Below, in pieces: positions 12,571 through 25,324 of a DNA stretch of 64,000 nt. Numbering within the stretch: the first letter of the stretch is position 1; each line of letters begins with the position of its first letter. The stretch is from Gekko japonicus. Its lineage: Eukaryota. The translations under genes were made by a program, and so were the position numbers. The notes below the pieces were generated by a model. That model was not told the DNA's origin, made no database searches, and saw only the letters and a program-made list of their open reading frames with translations. The stretch is from contig NW_015172610.1 in the NCBI RefSeq assembly GCF_001447785.1, positions 99,343 through 163,342 of the forward strand. The letters run 5' to 3'.

Positions 12571-12772
12571 GGAGGGAAGGCAGCATGGTATAGGCCGATC
12601 TCATCAGATCTAGGAAACTAAGAAGGGTCAGTACTTGGAAGGGAGGCTACCAAGGAAGTCTTTGCAGAGAAAGGCAAAAGGCAAACCTCCTCTGTTTAAT
12701 TACTTCCCTTGAAAGCCCCCTGCTGGGGTTGGGTCACTATACACCAGCTGCAACTCAACACCACTTTACACA
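12571..12772 (+). mobile_element. 5S rRNA-derived SINE (5S-Sauria-like)
   Basis: gccgatctcatcagatctaggaaactaag...agtacttggaagggag matches the 5S rRNA internal region; Bov-B-like tail. Confidence 0.7.
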
Positions 12773-12950
12773 AAGATTATCTAGGCTGGAAGCAAACCAG
12801 TAGCATGTGCTGTGGACTCTTACAGAATCATTGCTTGGATGATCTAAACAGTTTTTCTCATGGTGAACATAGGAGGAAGGATCATCTTTGACCACCCAAA
12901 AATGCCTATGCTAAGGATCATGGAACCTGCCTAGGCAAAAGCCATGCAGG

Positions 12951-13581
12951 CAGGCCTGTAGTCATAAAATTCTTGGTGAGGGTCACGGAGGAGGTACGTG
13001 CTTACATCACTTCCAACGTCACAAAAAATAATAAAATAGAAATAAATAAAATAAAAGGGTGATGAGAAGAGCTGGAGGAAGGGCCCCTCCCCCTCCAGAA
13101 ACCGCTGCTCTCCTATATGTGGGCCGGGCAGCCTGCATTGCTTCCTATGTGTTGAGGAAGGTGCTGTTGGTGCTCAGAGCAGGTAGCAAGAGCTGCACCA
13201 TGGAGATAGAAAAGGAGTTCCACCAGCTTGACCAGGCCGACAGCTGTTCCGCCATCTACCAAGTGAGCTGCGCTTAGTGGCAGAAAGGAAGCCGAGGCAA
13301 AGTGGTTGTGGCAGCACCCAGGCAGGCCCACCCCAGTGCCTCACTGCACCTGTGCAGCCAGTTGAGAATGGCCCGCCTGTGCATCTAGCCTCCCACCCCC
13401 TCCCTGCTTCATTTGGAGAGCCAGATAGTGACAAAGCCCATCTGGGCTGAAAACAGAGAGGCGGTAGGTCATGTGGACTCAGAAGGGATGGGGAAGGGGG
13501 ACTGGGAAGAATGGGCAGTGAGGGGCAGGTCACATTTGGCAGGGGGCGTCACCTCAAATGCCCCCTGTGACTACAGGCCTG
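12951..13581. mobile_element. Non-autonomous hAT element carrying a captured gene fragment (Pack-TIR)
   Basis: Perfect 14-bp TIRs caggcctgtagtca (12951-12964) / tgactacaggcctg (13568-13581); 8-bp TSD catgcagg / cctgcagg. Confidence 0.8.
13200..13262 (+). pseudogene. PTPN1: PTPN1 (PTP1B) coding exon 1 fragment with 5' UTR and intron-1 donor
   Basis: accATG; MEIEKEFHQLDQADSCSAIYQ followed by GTGAG, against human [21 protein letters not shown]; same 63-nt phase-0 first coding exon; conserved W changed to C; no downstream exons recognised. Confidence 0.85.
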
Positions 13582-13819
13582 CCTGCAGGAAAGGGTCTGT
13601 CAAGGAGAATTTGGTGACATACTCATTCTCCAGTACAGTGGTTTAGAACTCTTGCATCCACTTGTAATGGATGGAATATTGGCATTTCCAGAGCAGGTGA
13701 CAAGCTTGTGGGTGTTCATGGACCCAACCCTGCAGTTTGAAAAGAAGGTTAGCACAATGATGCCTTCTGACATCTGCATTTGGTTTGCCAACTCCCTCCT
13801 TTTTTAGACCCAGCTGATC

Positions 13820-14230
13820 TGGCATGTTAAGCCACACTTTTGTAATCTCACAGTTAGACTACTGTAATGTACCCTTGAAGCCAATCTGAAAACCAGCTGA
13901 TTCAGAATGTGGCAGCTTGCTTATTGTCAGGGACTAGCCAGTGGGAACATATTTTGCCTATCTTGAAATAGGTCCATTGACTGTTAGTGTATTTCTAAGT
14001 TCAATTGCAGGTTCTAGTTATGGTCTTTAAAGACCTTCATGGCCTAGGCACAGTTATCTAAAGGACTTTCTCCTCTCTTATGTCACCATGCAGCAGTTGC
14101 GCTCCTCTGGCAGTCCTCAGATCCCCCACTTAAGGTAGTACCCAGCATCAACCACAGCCTGTGCCTCTTCCATTGTCATTACCATTCTGTGGAAATGGGC
14201 TCCCTGAGAAGTTAAGAGGATGCTCCTATG
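13820..14230 (+). mobile_element. Decayed L2 LINE 3' fragment
   Basis: ttagactactgtaat (LDYCN), attcagaatgtggcagc (QNVAA), tttaaagaccttcatggc motifs. Confidence 0.6.
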
Positions 14231-14637
14231 GCCATTGTGACTTGTTATGGCCATCCACTGCAATTATTTCCCTCATGCTAAGAGCAGACCTGTTATGTTC
14301 ACTGTAAAATGATATTGACAGCAGCAGGTGGACAATACAGTAATAGGAATTTATTTATTTCTATGATTTTATCAGAACCTGGTCTTATTAAAGTATGCTC
14401 TTTCACCAGTGTGTGAAACAGAAGTGTTCAGGAGGGCAGTTTTATAAAGGGATTAGAACTGTAGCTCAGGAGAATTTTTTTAGTAAGGGAGTAGGACTGT
14501 AGTGTATTTCAGTGTTCGTATCACCTGCCTTTTATTGTGTTATACACTTACCTATGTAACCTGCTTTCTGCATTATGGTAGGTCATGCCTTACACAGGTT
14601 TTTGTTTGAATTGTTTCCTAATTCTGTAATCCTACTG

Positions 14638-15733
14638 GTAGGATTGCCAGGTCCCTACTGGCAACTGGTGGGGGATGGGGGGACTGTATAGTATCATAAT
14701 GCCCCTGTATAAATCAATGATGTGACCTCATTTGGAGTACTATGTACAGTTCTGGTCACCACACCTTAAAAAGGATATTGTAGCATTGGGAAAAGTGCAG
14801 AAAAGGGCAACTAGAATGATAAAAGGGTTGGAACACTTTCCCTATGAAGAAAGGTTAAAGAGCTTGGAGCTCTTTAGCTTGGAGAAATGATGGCTGAGGG
14901 GTGACATGATCGAGGTTTATAAGATTATGCATGGGATAGAGCAGGTAGAGAAAGAGGTACTTTTCTCCCTTTCTCACAATACAAGAACTTGTGGGCACTC
15001 CATGAAATTGCTGAGCAGTTGGGTTAGAATAGATAAAAGGAAGTACTTCTTCACACAAAGAGTGATTAACACATGGAATTCACTGCCACAGGAGGTGGCG
15101 GCAGCTACAAGCATGGACGGCTTCAAGAGGGAATTAGGTAAACATATGGAGCAGAGGTCCACCAGTGGCTATTAGCCACAAGGTATAGATAGGAACTCTC
15201 ACTCTGGGACAAGTGATGCACTGTATTAATGGTGCTTGGGGGGGGCAACAGTGGGAGGGCTTCTAGTGTCCTGGCCCCACTGATGGACCTCCTGATAGCA
15301 CCTGGTGTTTTTGGCCACTGTGTGACAGAGTGTTAGACTGGATGGGCCATTGGCCTGATCCAACATTGGCTTCTCTTATGTTCTTATTACTTACCAGGTG
15401 CAGGAAGGAGGCCCAGCTGACATTGCAGTGATGTGTCAATGTCACTTTGTCATGACCCAAAAGTGACATCATCACACAGTGATGTTGGGCCAATGCTCTT
15501 TTATTTGGGCATACTCTATGGTAAATTTGGCTTCCACCAAATACCAGAGTGTTGCCCTGACGTTGCTGACTTGATGACATCACTTCCAGGTCATGTCAAA
15601 GTGACATATAAATGTTGCTGCAATGTTGGCTGGGCCTCATTCTTTTTCTGGGTGTCCCCCCTGCCAGACAGTGGGACAGTGGGCCCTGGTGGTGGGGGAC
15701 CCCTGCCTCCACCAGAGGGTCTGGCAACACTAC
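14638..15733. mobile_element. hAT (Blackjack-like) MITE interrupted by CR1
   Basis: 14638-14685 joined to 15388-15733 aligns with the uninterrupted copy at 10618-11040 (gggggact|tacc junction). Confidence 0.65.
14686..15387 (+). mobile_element. CR1 LINE 3' fragment
   Basis: [16 protein letters not shown]...MIEVYKIMHG...FFTQRVINTWNSLP is the CR1 ORF2 C-terminus; 3' end ctgatccaac...cttatgttctta. Confidence 0.9.
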
Positions 15734-17365
15734 CTACTGCTATTGGGTTAATTCCTCAGAGATATTCTGGGAATTCCTAAATGAGTAACAGCCACTGAAC
15801 ACAGGAACCATGAATGCAACTTGTATGTAATCAGTGGAGTATCAGGGACTATTTTAAGTCTGCCTGGTGATATTCCATGAGGAAAATGTTTGTGGCTCAA
15901 ATTATAAGTATTCACAGAGTACAAATTATACACTAATTTCAAGACCATTGCACTATATTATGCATGCACGCATGTAATAGTTCCACCATGTGGCAATGTG
16001 CACACCTACATAAACACAAAAAATGCCTATCACAATCAATATATTTTACAGTTGTCCCCAAGCAATTAATAAATACCACCACCATTCCACATCACCTGCA
16101 CTTGTTAAATTCTGTTTATTGAACTACAACACATGGAACTTTTGCTTTATGCCTACCTACTTCAGTTTCAGTTCCTGCAACACTAGAAATGATCACAAGA
16201 TTTGCTACACAATCTTATTCCCTAGCTATACTTGCTAGGCAAGGATAGGATCTAACTGTTTCTGGAATACAGTAATCACAGTGGATCATTTGGTCCAAAG
16301 AGCAACACTTGGTGAAGCAAACTGCAGAACAAAATGAGTGGTGTTTGTCCAATCCAGAAGGGAAAAAAATTCTATGTGCTGATGGCTTTTTATTTATTTA
16401 AAAGTCACCAAAGGCGCCAGAGCCAAGCTTTCCTAATTTTTGCAGCTGATTTTTGGTTTGCAAAAGTGTAGATGGTAAATGCATGCAAAAACATTTCAGT
16501 GTCATAAAGGAAAGTCTCTGCAGTTTAGCAGTGCCAGCTTTGTAAGTTTGTTTTTCTGGGGGAAGCTTGAATTTCAAAGAAAATAGGCAAAAAATACCAG
16601 AATGATAACACAGCTACTAGCCATTTCAGAGAATACAGTTTTAAAAATTCTATTGAGAATAGCTGACATGTGAGATTATGCTTGCTTTCCTGGTGCACCT
16701 TTATTGCTCTCATGCTGTATTATAGACCTCAAGCATATTAAACACCCATTAACCCCTCGTAACTATTCACCCAAGATGAACTTTCAAACATGTGCTGAAA
16801 AGAGAGTGAGTAGGCTTTCCAGCCCCCTCTTTGAAGAAACCACTCAGTTCCTGTAGCATATTAATTACATAGTCTACTCCCTATGCAAAGCACACTTTTT
16901 GGATTAGCAGGGCAGAAACCTAGCTGCTTTAATTATCATTTTGAAATCTGCATTGAAGTGGATATGAGTCTTGCCAGTCAGAGAGCTAGCTGTGCACTGA
17001 TTCAGGGTTGGGTTTTTTTCCTGAAAAATTATTTTCAGTAATCTGGGGGGGGGTGTGTGGATTTATTTTCCGAACAGGCGGATTTTATTCCTTGTAAGCA
17101 AATACAATCACGTATATATTTAGATACTATATCAAAATTTACAAAATTTATATGCAAGGCATATTAGCCATAACAATACAATATCTCAGTGCTATATAAT
17201 AGAACAATACAAATTGCAATGTTGTTAGCCAGAACAATCATTAGAATATTGCTAATCCATTACAGGTAAGTTTCTTACAAGTTCAATTTTCAAGTTAAAG
17301 CAGCTGGCTTTCACTTGGTTTCATGTCAAAACTTCATCAGAAGCAGAACAACTTATATTGTGTCA

Positions 17366-17760
17366 CAGGGCTAGTTTTGGGCAGGAACACACAGGAACGG
17401 AGTTCCGGCTGGCTCCCGAGTTGGCCACGCCAAGCAGGGACTCATTAGCATAATAGGCCACACCTGACAGCAGAAACTCATTAGGATTGGCTACATTAGG
17501 GGTGTGTGGCCTAACATGCAAAGGAGTTCCTGCTACAAAAAAAGCTCTGGGTTTTGACAACAAACAAGATAAACAGAATAAGAATCAAAAGGTGGGTGTG
17601 GCTGGATGACCACATTTCTGGTAACATGGGGGTGCAGCCTAATATGCTAATGAGCGGTGATGTCAGGGTGTGGCATAATATGATAATGAGTTTCTGCTGT
17701 TGGGTGTGGCCTATTATGCTAATAAGTTCCTGCTGGGCTTTTTTACAAAAAAATGCCCTG
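17366..17760. mobile_element. hAT-type MITE related to 824-1136
   Basis: CAGGG...CCCTG termini; perfect 8-bp TSD ttgtgtca (17358-17365, 17761-17768); repeated tatgctaat units. Confidence 0.8.
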
Positions 17761-19034
17761 TTGTGTCATAATATTTGATAGTTTGAAATTGCACCTTTCT
17801 GGTTTCTAGAAGCACCTTCTTCTTCTTAATTTGGGGATAAAAATTCCAGGAAAATTTAGCAAGCAACCTTTGTCGATGTGCATGGTGGTGGTACACAGCA
17901 AAACAGCCAGAGTCTGGGCATAATTGCTACAGCATCCGCAATGCATGACAAGAGGTCTATCTCAAGATTTAATACAACAGCTAGGACAATGAAGAGGGGA
18001 AAGGCCAATCAGGAAGTATGACGGCAGTGTTGAATAAGACCCATTATGCGCACATATCTTACTGCAGATTTTCAGAGTAGTAAGCCTTTAATCCTGACTT
18101 CAGATTCTGAGCCCACATTATGCATCATTCTTTTTCCTCTGGTGTATTTATTCTGCAGTTACAATTAAAAAAAAAAACACATGCTTTTCCAAATCGGGCT
18201 GGAACATCACTTGTGACATGTGAGGGTATTGTCCAAAGTTTCTTTTTTAAAAAAAATTATGCAATTGTCCTATCACAGCTGTGCAGTAGCATCCAGCAAA
18301 TGCATTCCATTTAAATCCTCAATTTCGTCTATTCCTTTCATGAGTTTGGTTTAAGGGAAATTTGTTGCAACTCGGTAAGCACCTATCAGCAACCCTGGAG
18401 GGTGGAGGGGTCTGTCAGGATCCATTTTCTCCAGGAGAACTAAATGATGTTATCTGGGGATCAATTGTAATTCTGGGAGCTCTCCAGGCCCCATCTGGAG
18501 GTTGGCAACTATATAACTAGAAAACAGAGATCAGTTCCCCTTCAGGAAATGACTGCTTTGGAGGGGAAATTCTATGGCATTATACCCCACTGAGGTCCAT
18601 TTCCTCTACAAACTCTACCCTCTCCAGGTTCCACCCCCAAATCTTCAGGAATTTCCCAGCCTAGACTTGACATACGTTGGGTTCCTTCACTTGCTTCATC
18701 TAGGAAGAGATGTAAGGCGGTCTTATTTCAGAAAGCATTTGGTGGATGATAGGTAAATTGTTTGAGCAGATTGGACTGTGCTTTTTCTAATCCTGTGTGT
18801 TCATTAATCCTGTATGTTTTTAAAATGATTGTTTGTTTTAAAACGTGAGTGCTTGTAAATTTGTAATTTGTGTACATTTATCTGTGCTTTCATTTTGTTA
18901 ATTTGGATGGATATAAATTGTGTCTTGCAACCTAGTTGCTGCATTATTAGCTCATTGGTTCTGAGGCTAAACACAGTGTAGAATGGTGGGAAGGGAGCTT
19001 GGATGTTCAGGATAGTTGATTTTCAGGTTGTAAC

Positions 19035-19760
19035 TAGGGGTATGCACAGAAAAAAAAATCAGTATTTTTCGGGTTCAGGTAAACCAAACCTGAAAAATAT
19101 TGTTAAATACCAATATACCCAATATACCCAAATTCCAGTTATTGGGAAATACTCGGCATTGCTGAAAATATTCAGCCATTAGAGCATGTCAGTTTCATTC
19201 CCTTTCCACTTCCAAGCAGAGGGGGAGTGAGTGGGCCAGCTGGGGAAGCAAAGACAGATTGGGACAACATCTTTGAATGCCTCCCCTTCAGCCAGCGTGT
19301 AAAGGTGGGCCAGCTTGGGAAGCAAAGAGAGAAGGGGTTTAAAAAGTTCAAACCCCTTCTTTGGCGTAGCACCATAGCAGAGGCACGATCTCTCCATTGT
19401 ACCCTATGCCCCCATAGGGTACAATGGAGAGACCACGCCATGGCTGCAGCATGACTCCCAGGCCTGGCTGAAGAATGGAGGGGATGGCATTTAAATGCCT
19501 CCCCCTTCCTCTCCCAGCCATGTCGCTGCTGCCTTCCCTTCCCCAGCTGCCCTGCCATGGCAGGCTGGCTGGGGAAGGGAATGGAAGGTAGAGTGGGTCA
19601 GTTTCACTCCCCTTCTCTTCCAAGTGGAAGCGAGTGAAACTGACCTGTTCTCCCTCCCCTTTGCTTCCCCAGCTGGCTATGGCAGACCAACTGGGGGAAG
19701 TGAAGACAGATCGGGGAGGCATTTAAAAATGCCTCCCCAATCTGTTTTCCCTTCCATCCC
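19035..19760. mobile_element. hAT-type MITE (same family as 11796-12395)
   Basis: taggggtatgcac start; reverse-complement similarity to 11796-12395; right end not resolved. Confidence 0.55.
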
Positions 19761-20498
19761 TGATTTGGTGCTTTGCTTTGCCCTTCCCACCAGGTGTCCC
19801 TCCCTCCTGTCTATGCACAAGAAACTCTAGGTCTTGTAGTTCCTGATATAATAGACCAAGGTTTTGCAACATGGAGCCAAGGAAGCTATAGTGCCTGCCA
19901 GTACTTCCTTTAGTGACTACCAAGCTTTTCAGAAAGTGGACAGGACATTCTAAGGCAGAACGTTTTATTGCCTACCCTCATTCAGATAAAAGGGGTTTCC
20001 ACCATAGGATCAGGAGGGCTGGTAAGCACCCAGGTTTCCCTTAGTCAGGGTATGGTTCCATTCTCTCTTCCTGCTTTTCTTCTTCCCAAGAGGTGTGAGG
20101 AGGGAAGTATTCCGTTTGGTTTTGCCTCCTTTGGTAGCCTTTGTGATAGACCATGACAGACAGAGGAAAACAAATCTTTCTGTGTCTCACTCTCAGTCCT
20201 ACTTTAACTGCACAAGCAACTACTTTGTATTCTAGAGAAGGGTCTTAGCCTGGGTCCAGGAGTTCAGAATGTTACTTTAGATTGCTGTTCTAACACAGCA
20301 TCTGATTGGCTCCAACAAATATCACAAGAGATCTGGACAACTGATACAGAGACACAAGAAAATTAATTTCTATAAATATCCTCAGGCATGATCTACAGTT
20401 TATTCTAATCTTTCCTCATGGTAATGGGAATCGCAGCCTGGGCTGCAGCAGGCCCCTCTGAACCTCTGGGCCCTAGTAAAATGTACCTTCTGCCCATG

Positions 20499-21213
20499 TG
20501 GAGGCCCTGTAGCAACCCGAGCTGCAGTGTTAGGAAAGTCAAGTAACGAATAAATATACACTGCAAGAAACTTTTGTAAATTAATGTATTCTATTTGTAA
20601 TTATCATTCTATATAGGGCATAGTATGCTATTATTACATCCTTATCAGGTACATGTATACAATTCATTCAGTTTAACAACTACCAGTCAATTTCACATCA
20701 ATATTTTTAAAAGTCAAGCCCCAACAGGAGTTTCCAGAATTGCAAGCCCACTTCTACTTGCACGAAGTCTTCCAAAAGGGGGAAGCTTTCAATTGTATTC
20801 TGTTGATGCTTATTGCCGGTCCGATAAAAGACACAATGTGCAGCTAAGATTTGTGGACGGAGCGCTCCTGTCGTTTTCAAAGATTGCATACTATTCACCT
20901 CGTTCTCTGGTCATAGTGTGCAGTCTTTGAAAATGACAGGAGCGCTCCGTCCATGAAGTAGAAGCGGGCTTGCAATTCCGGAAACTCCCTTTGGGGCTTG
21001 ACTTTTTAAAAAAATGGATGTGGAATTGACTGGTAGTTGCGAAACTGAATGTACTGAATACATGTACCTGAGAAGGATGTATTAACTGCACATTATGCAC
21101 TTTACAGAATGATCCGTTACAAATAGAACACGTTAATTTATACATCTCTTGCAGTGTACATTTATTCGTTACCAGGCTTTTCTAACACTGCAGCTCGGGT
21201 TACCACAGCCTCC
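20499..21213. repeat. Large diverged palindrome with central 41-bp hairpin
   Basis: Arms ~20499-20770 and ~20955-21213 are reverse complements; stem 20854-20894 / 20913-20953. Confidence 0.85.
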
Positions 21214-23943
21214 AGGCGGGGCCTGGAGATCTCCGGAATTACAGCCGGTCTCCAGACAACAGAAATTGGAGAAAAGGGTTGCTCTGGAGGGTGGGTGGAC
21301 TCCGTGGCGTTAGACCTCACTGGGGTCCCTCCCCAGGCTCCAACCCCAAATCTCCAGGAATTTCCCAATTGAGAGCAGGCACCCCGACCACCACTGCCGG
21401 GCCCAGCAAATGGTTATCTTTGGGCGGTTCTCGGACTATCTGCTTTTACTCCCCTTGAGTCCCACTTGCTATCCCCAACCCTTGCCTCTACTTTGATCTC
21501 TTGATCTGCAGTCAAGAGACCCCCACACAGTCCGGCTAGTTCTGGTAGTGTGGATCCTTTTGTTTTCCATTTCTTCCCCTCCATTTTTCGTTGGAACAAC
21601 CAAGCTGCAAGACAGATAAGTATCGCCCACCATCACCCCTACCTGCTAATGCAAAAGTGATTATTTCTTACTTGATTGAATGTGTGAGTGCATCAGTATT
21701 GTTGGTATGAAATATATTTTTAAGTAAAAGACATCTATTTTAACCACAACAGCCTCGATTCCTTTACTGGTAACCCTTGGTGGGAACAGGACCTTGGTAT
21801 AAATTGGCAAGAACCCGTTTATACATTGCCAGTTGCTGTAAATAAAGCAATTCGGCTAACAGCGCTCCTGTCATTCTCAAAGACTGTGGAGGCCCTGACA
21901 GGCAAAACATATCTTGTTTTGCTAGCCCTCAATGCACAACATTTTCGTAGGCAATCCAGATCAGTAGAGCATCTGAAAAACTACCCACCATGTTTCACTG
22001 TAGCTTTAGCTAGATGTGAAGAATGAATGGAACAGAGATGTGCTTTTAAAAAGAGCTCTTTTAACTGGAGTTGTGCACCTGGTTGCATTAATTTGCACAT
22101 GTGTATTCTTGTACTGCCACTTGGTAATAGTATTGTGGATGTGAGGAAGACAGCATGTTGCTTAGGTAATCATTTGACACTCATTTCGTATACACAATGA
22201 TGCTTCAACACATGTTCTCTATTTACTATCATGGATTCTTCAGAGGAGAAGGTGGCAGCAGTAGCTCTGGTGGTGTTTACAATTATGTTTTAGAAAGTTC
22301 AGATTGGTTTCAGCAATTATGACAGTTTCACTGAGACTAAGAAAGGGGTTACGGCAACATGCATCAACAGCAACTTTGACCTTGGTTGCTTAATCTGATA
22401 AAAATGCAACAGTGGCACACAAACTGAAAATACATCCAATTTTTAATTACACAAAGTAATAATTTGAAAGCAAGGGGGATCAACTCATAATAAAAACAAG
22501 TATTAAGAATGGGAAAAATCACATTACGAGCTCATTGTTTTCAAACTTCACAGCATGACTAAGACACAGAAGCAGAATTAGGATAACTGGGATCTGGAGG
22601 CATCTTTCTCACAATAAAAAGTAATTGTTTCTCTTTAGGTGTTAAATTAGAATAGCACAACCAATGCCATTCTCCTTGCTGTTATGAAAGGGTCATTTTG
22701 TACTTATTATGTATATGTTTTGGCTCATCATGGAACTTTAATAGACCTATCCCTATCTTCTAAACTGCATCATATTTTGGTTCCACAGTTTATTCTTCTT
22801 TTCCTACATCTAGATCTATCTGTCTTTAATTCTGCCAATTTAAGATTATAGTTGACAAGGGGAGCTGTAGTCTACTGAAATTTATGCCACAATATATACA
22901 TTAGTCTTTGAAGTGCTAGAGCATACAGAATTTGGATTTTTATTTCTGACATTCTACCAGATTAGACAGGAAAGGCTTGCCATCTCATCTTTTAATATAT
23001 CCTGCTGTCACATTTCAGGGTTATTGGAAGAATGAGGTAGGTAGGGGTGCTTACATGTGACTATTCCTGGATAACAATGAGAATAGCACAATGCACATCA
23101 TTTTGCTACTCCCAATGAGAAGAATGAAAGGCTACATGCTACTATTTTGCTACTCCTGGACTACAGAAGCAGACAGAATTCCAGGTATGAGATCTTGACT
23201 GGTTTAGCAGTACATGAGTGTGCCATATGCTCACTCTACATTGTTTTAGTACCCCTGAAGTACAGAATTGGATAAAGTTCTGGGAGGAGATACAAAGAAC
23301 AAAGTGAGAGTTTTTGTAAAAAAATTCTGTCTCTACATTTGATTATGAAAGATGCTGTTTTCTCTTAAATGGAATCAGAGCTACCAAATTTTTGGCAGTT
23401 CCAAGATGTGCTTAAATGTGACAGAGAATATGTGTCTGAAAAATAATACTATCTTTAGCTAAATAGTTTCTTTCTAGGGTACAGGTATGGGAGACTGAGC
23501 TGACACTGGAAAAAGATATCAGTTTGTTGATTGTGGCTGAAGGAAGTGATTGCCCCCATAGACGGAAGAAAGAGTCATACAACAGTAGTTGGGAAACTAA
23601 AGGCCACTTTATTTATTAACAAACAATGGCAAGGGCTAGCAGTATGAAGTGGCATGGCCAAGGCCAAGGCCTGGGGTCACTAAACCCCAACCTTGCCATA
23701 AGATGGGCAATGCACCTGGCCCCCAGGGCGTAGCTTGCTGTAAGCGGCTCAAACCTGGGCAGCCCAGCCATGGAATATGCCATGATGATCCCTCACCCAC
23801 AGCTGAATGGCCTGTGTAGAGTATCCATCAAAGGCACTCCAAAAGGCTGTCTGCCCTCCTCATCCCTGGCTGCCAAAGATAATGCCAAAGAACAGGGCTA
23901 CCATAGAAATCGCTTATTTGACCGGTTCTAAGGAAGGGCATAG

Positions 23944-24135
23944 GGAGGGAAGGCAGCATGGTATAACCTAGTCTTGTCATCTCTTGGAACCTAAGCAGGG
24001 TCAGTACTTGGAAGGGAGACCACCAAGGAAGACTCTGCAGAGGAAGGCAATAGCAAACCACTTCTGCTTCTCATATGTCTTGACAGCCCCTTGCTGAGAT
24101 CACCATAAGTTGGCTGTGACTTTACAGCTCTTTAC
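23944..24135 (+). mobile_element. 5S rRNA-derived SINE
   Basis: Same head as 12571 (ggagggaaggcagcatggtata...ctaagcagggtcagtacttggaagggagacc). Confidence 0.7.
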
Positions 24136-24139
24136 ACAC

Positions 24140-24620
24140 ACGCACAAGGGAGGGCACCTTAAGGAGAAGGCTGTCTGAAGAATGTAACTGGGACAGGAGA
24201 ATATGCAGGAATTTGTGATTTGATGTATGAAGGCCGTAGGACATGAAGGGCTTTAAAAGCAAGCTTTTTGAGGCAAATAGATAAGCCAGAGTAGTTGATG
24301 CAGCACTGGAATTAGGTTGTGAGTAACTGCCCCCAAGGAGGAGCCTTGCTACTGAATTTTGTACCAATTGCACCAAGATGTTTTGATAAGTAGATCATTA
24401 CAGTAGTCCAGTCTGGAGATTACAGTAGCATAGCTAGGTCAGTAAAGTCTAGATAAGGGCCAGTTTATGAGCTCGATATAACTGAAAGAACGTGCTCCTA
24501 GCAACAGGACCAACCTGTTTATCCATTAACAAGTCTGGATCTATGAGCTCCCCTAAGCTCTTAACATGATCTACAGAAAGCTTATCCCCATCTAAGTCTG
24601 GTAAATCAACACACCAGTGA
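24140..24620 (-). mobile_element. Decayed L2 LINE fragment
   Basis: Minus strand RLDYCN and VQLVQNSVARLL motifs. Confidence 0.65.
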
Positions 24621-25324
24621 AACAATCTGGCTTGCCAGAATGGCAGCAGGGGATGCCTCCAAAACTTTTGTCTGTCTGCTATGCTGTATCAGACTACTAT
24701 GGTACTGATTCTCATCCTCCTACAAATGTAGTTCTCATCCTCCTACAAATGTCTACATCCTCAGCTATGCCTGAAATTCAGAGAGTTCTGCTTTTTGAAT
24801 GAGTCCAGTCTGCCTAATTTATTTTTGGTGGCTACTGATCTAGTCAGTCAGTAATGTATTAAATTTTATTCCAATATGCTGTCTATGCAGCTGCCTCTTA
24901 TGAACCAAGATGTTGCAACCTTTCATAACGAGTGTTTTAATAGGACTTTATTTGCATTTAGATAAATGTATAAAAGCCTAGAGCAGGAGCTTTTCATCTG
25001 TGCTGTAGAATTACATGCCCCAGAAATCCTTATTACCAGGAGGCGAAGCAATTCAGAAAGGAGAGACAGGAAAGTCTTCCTGGAACTAAACTGTATTGAA
25101 TAAAGAAGTTACTTATATAAATTCTGAGGGCCAGTCTGGTGCTGCAGTTTCCCCATTTCTTTCTCAGTTCAGATGTGAATATGAAAGCACACCATTGTGT
25201 GTCTTCCACAGGAAACACTATTCATTGTATATACCTTGTTGAATACAAACACCTCTGCTTAAGATATCATACCTGTTTACTCAGAAGTAAGTGCCCCCAA
25301 ATCCTGTGGGACTTGACAATCTAT

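Noticed and set aside
20854-20862. tggacggag equals the 5' nine nt of miR-184
   Set aside because: Similarity stops at 9 nt and lies at the base of the stem, not where a mature miRNA would be cut.
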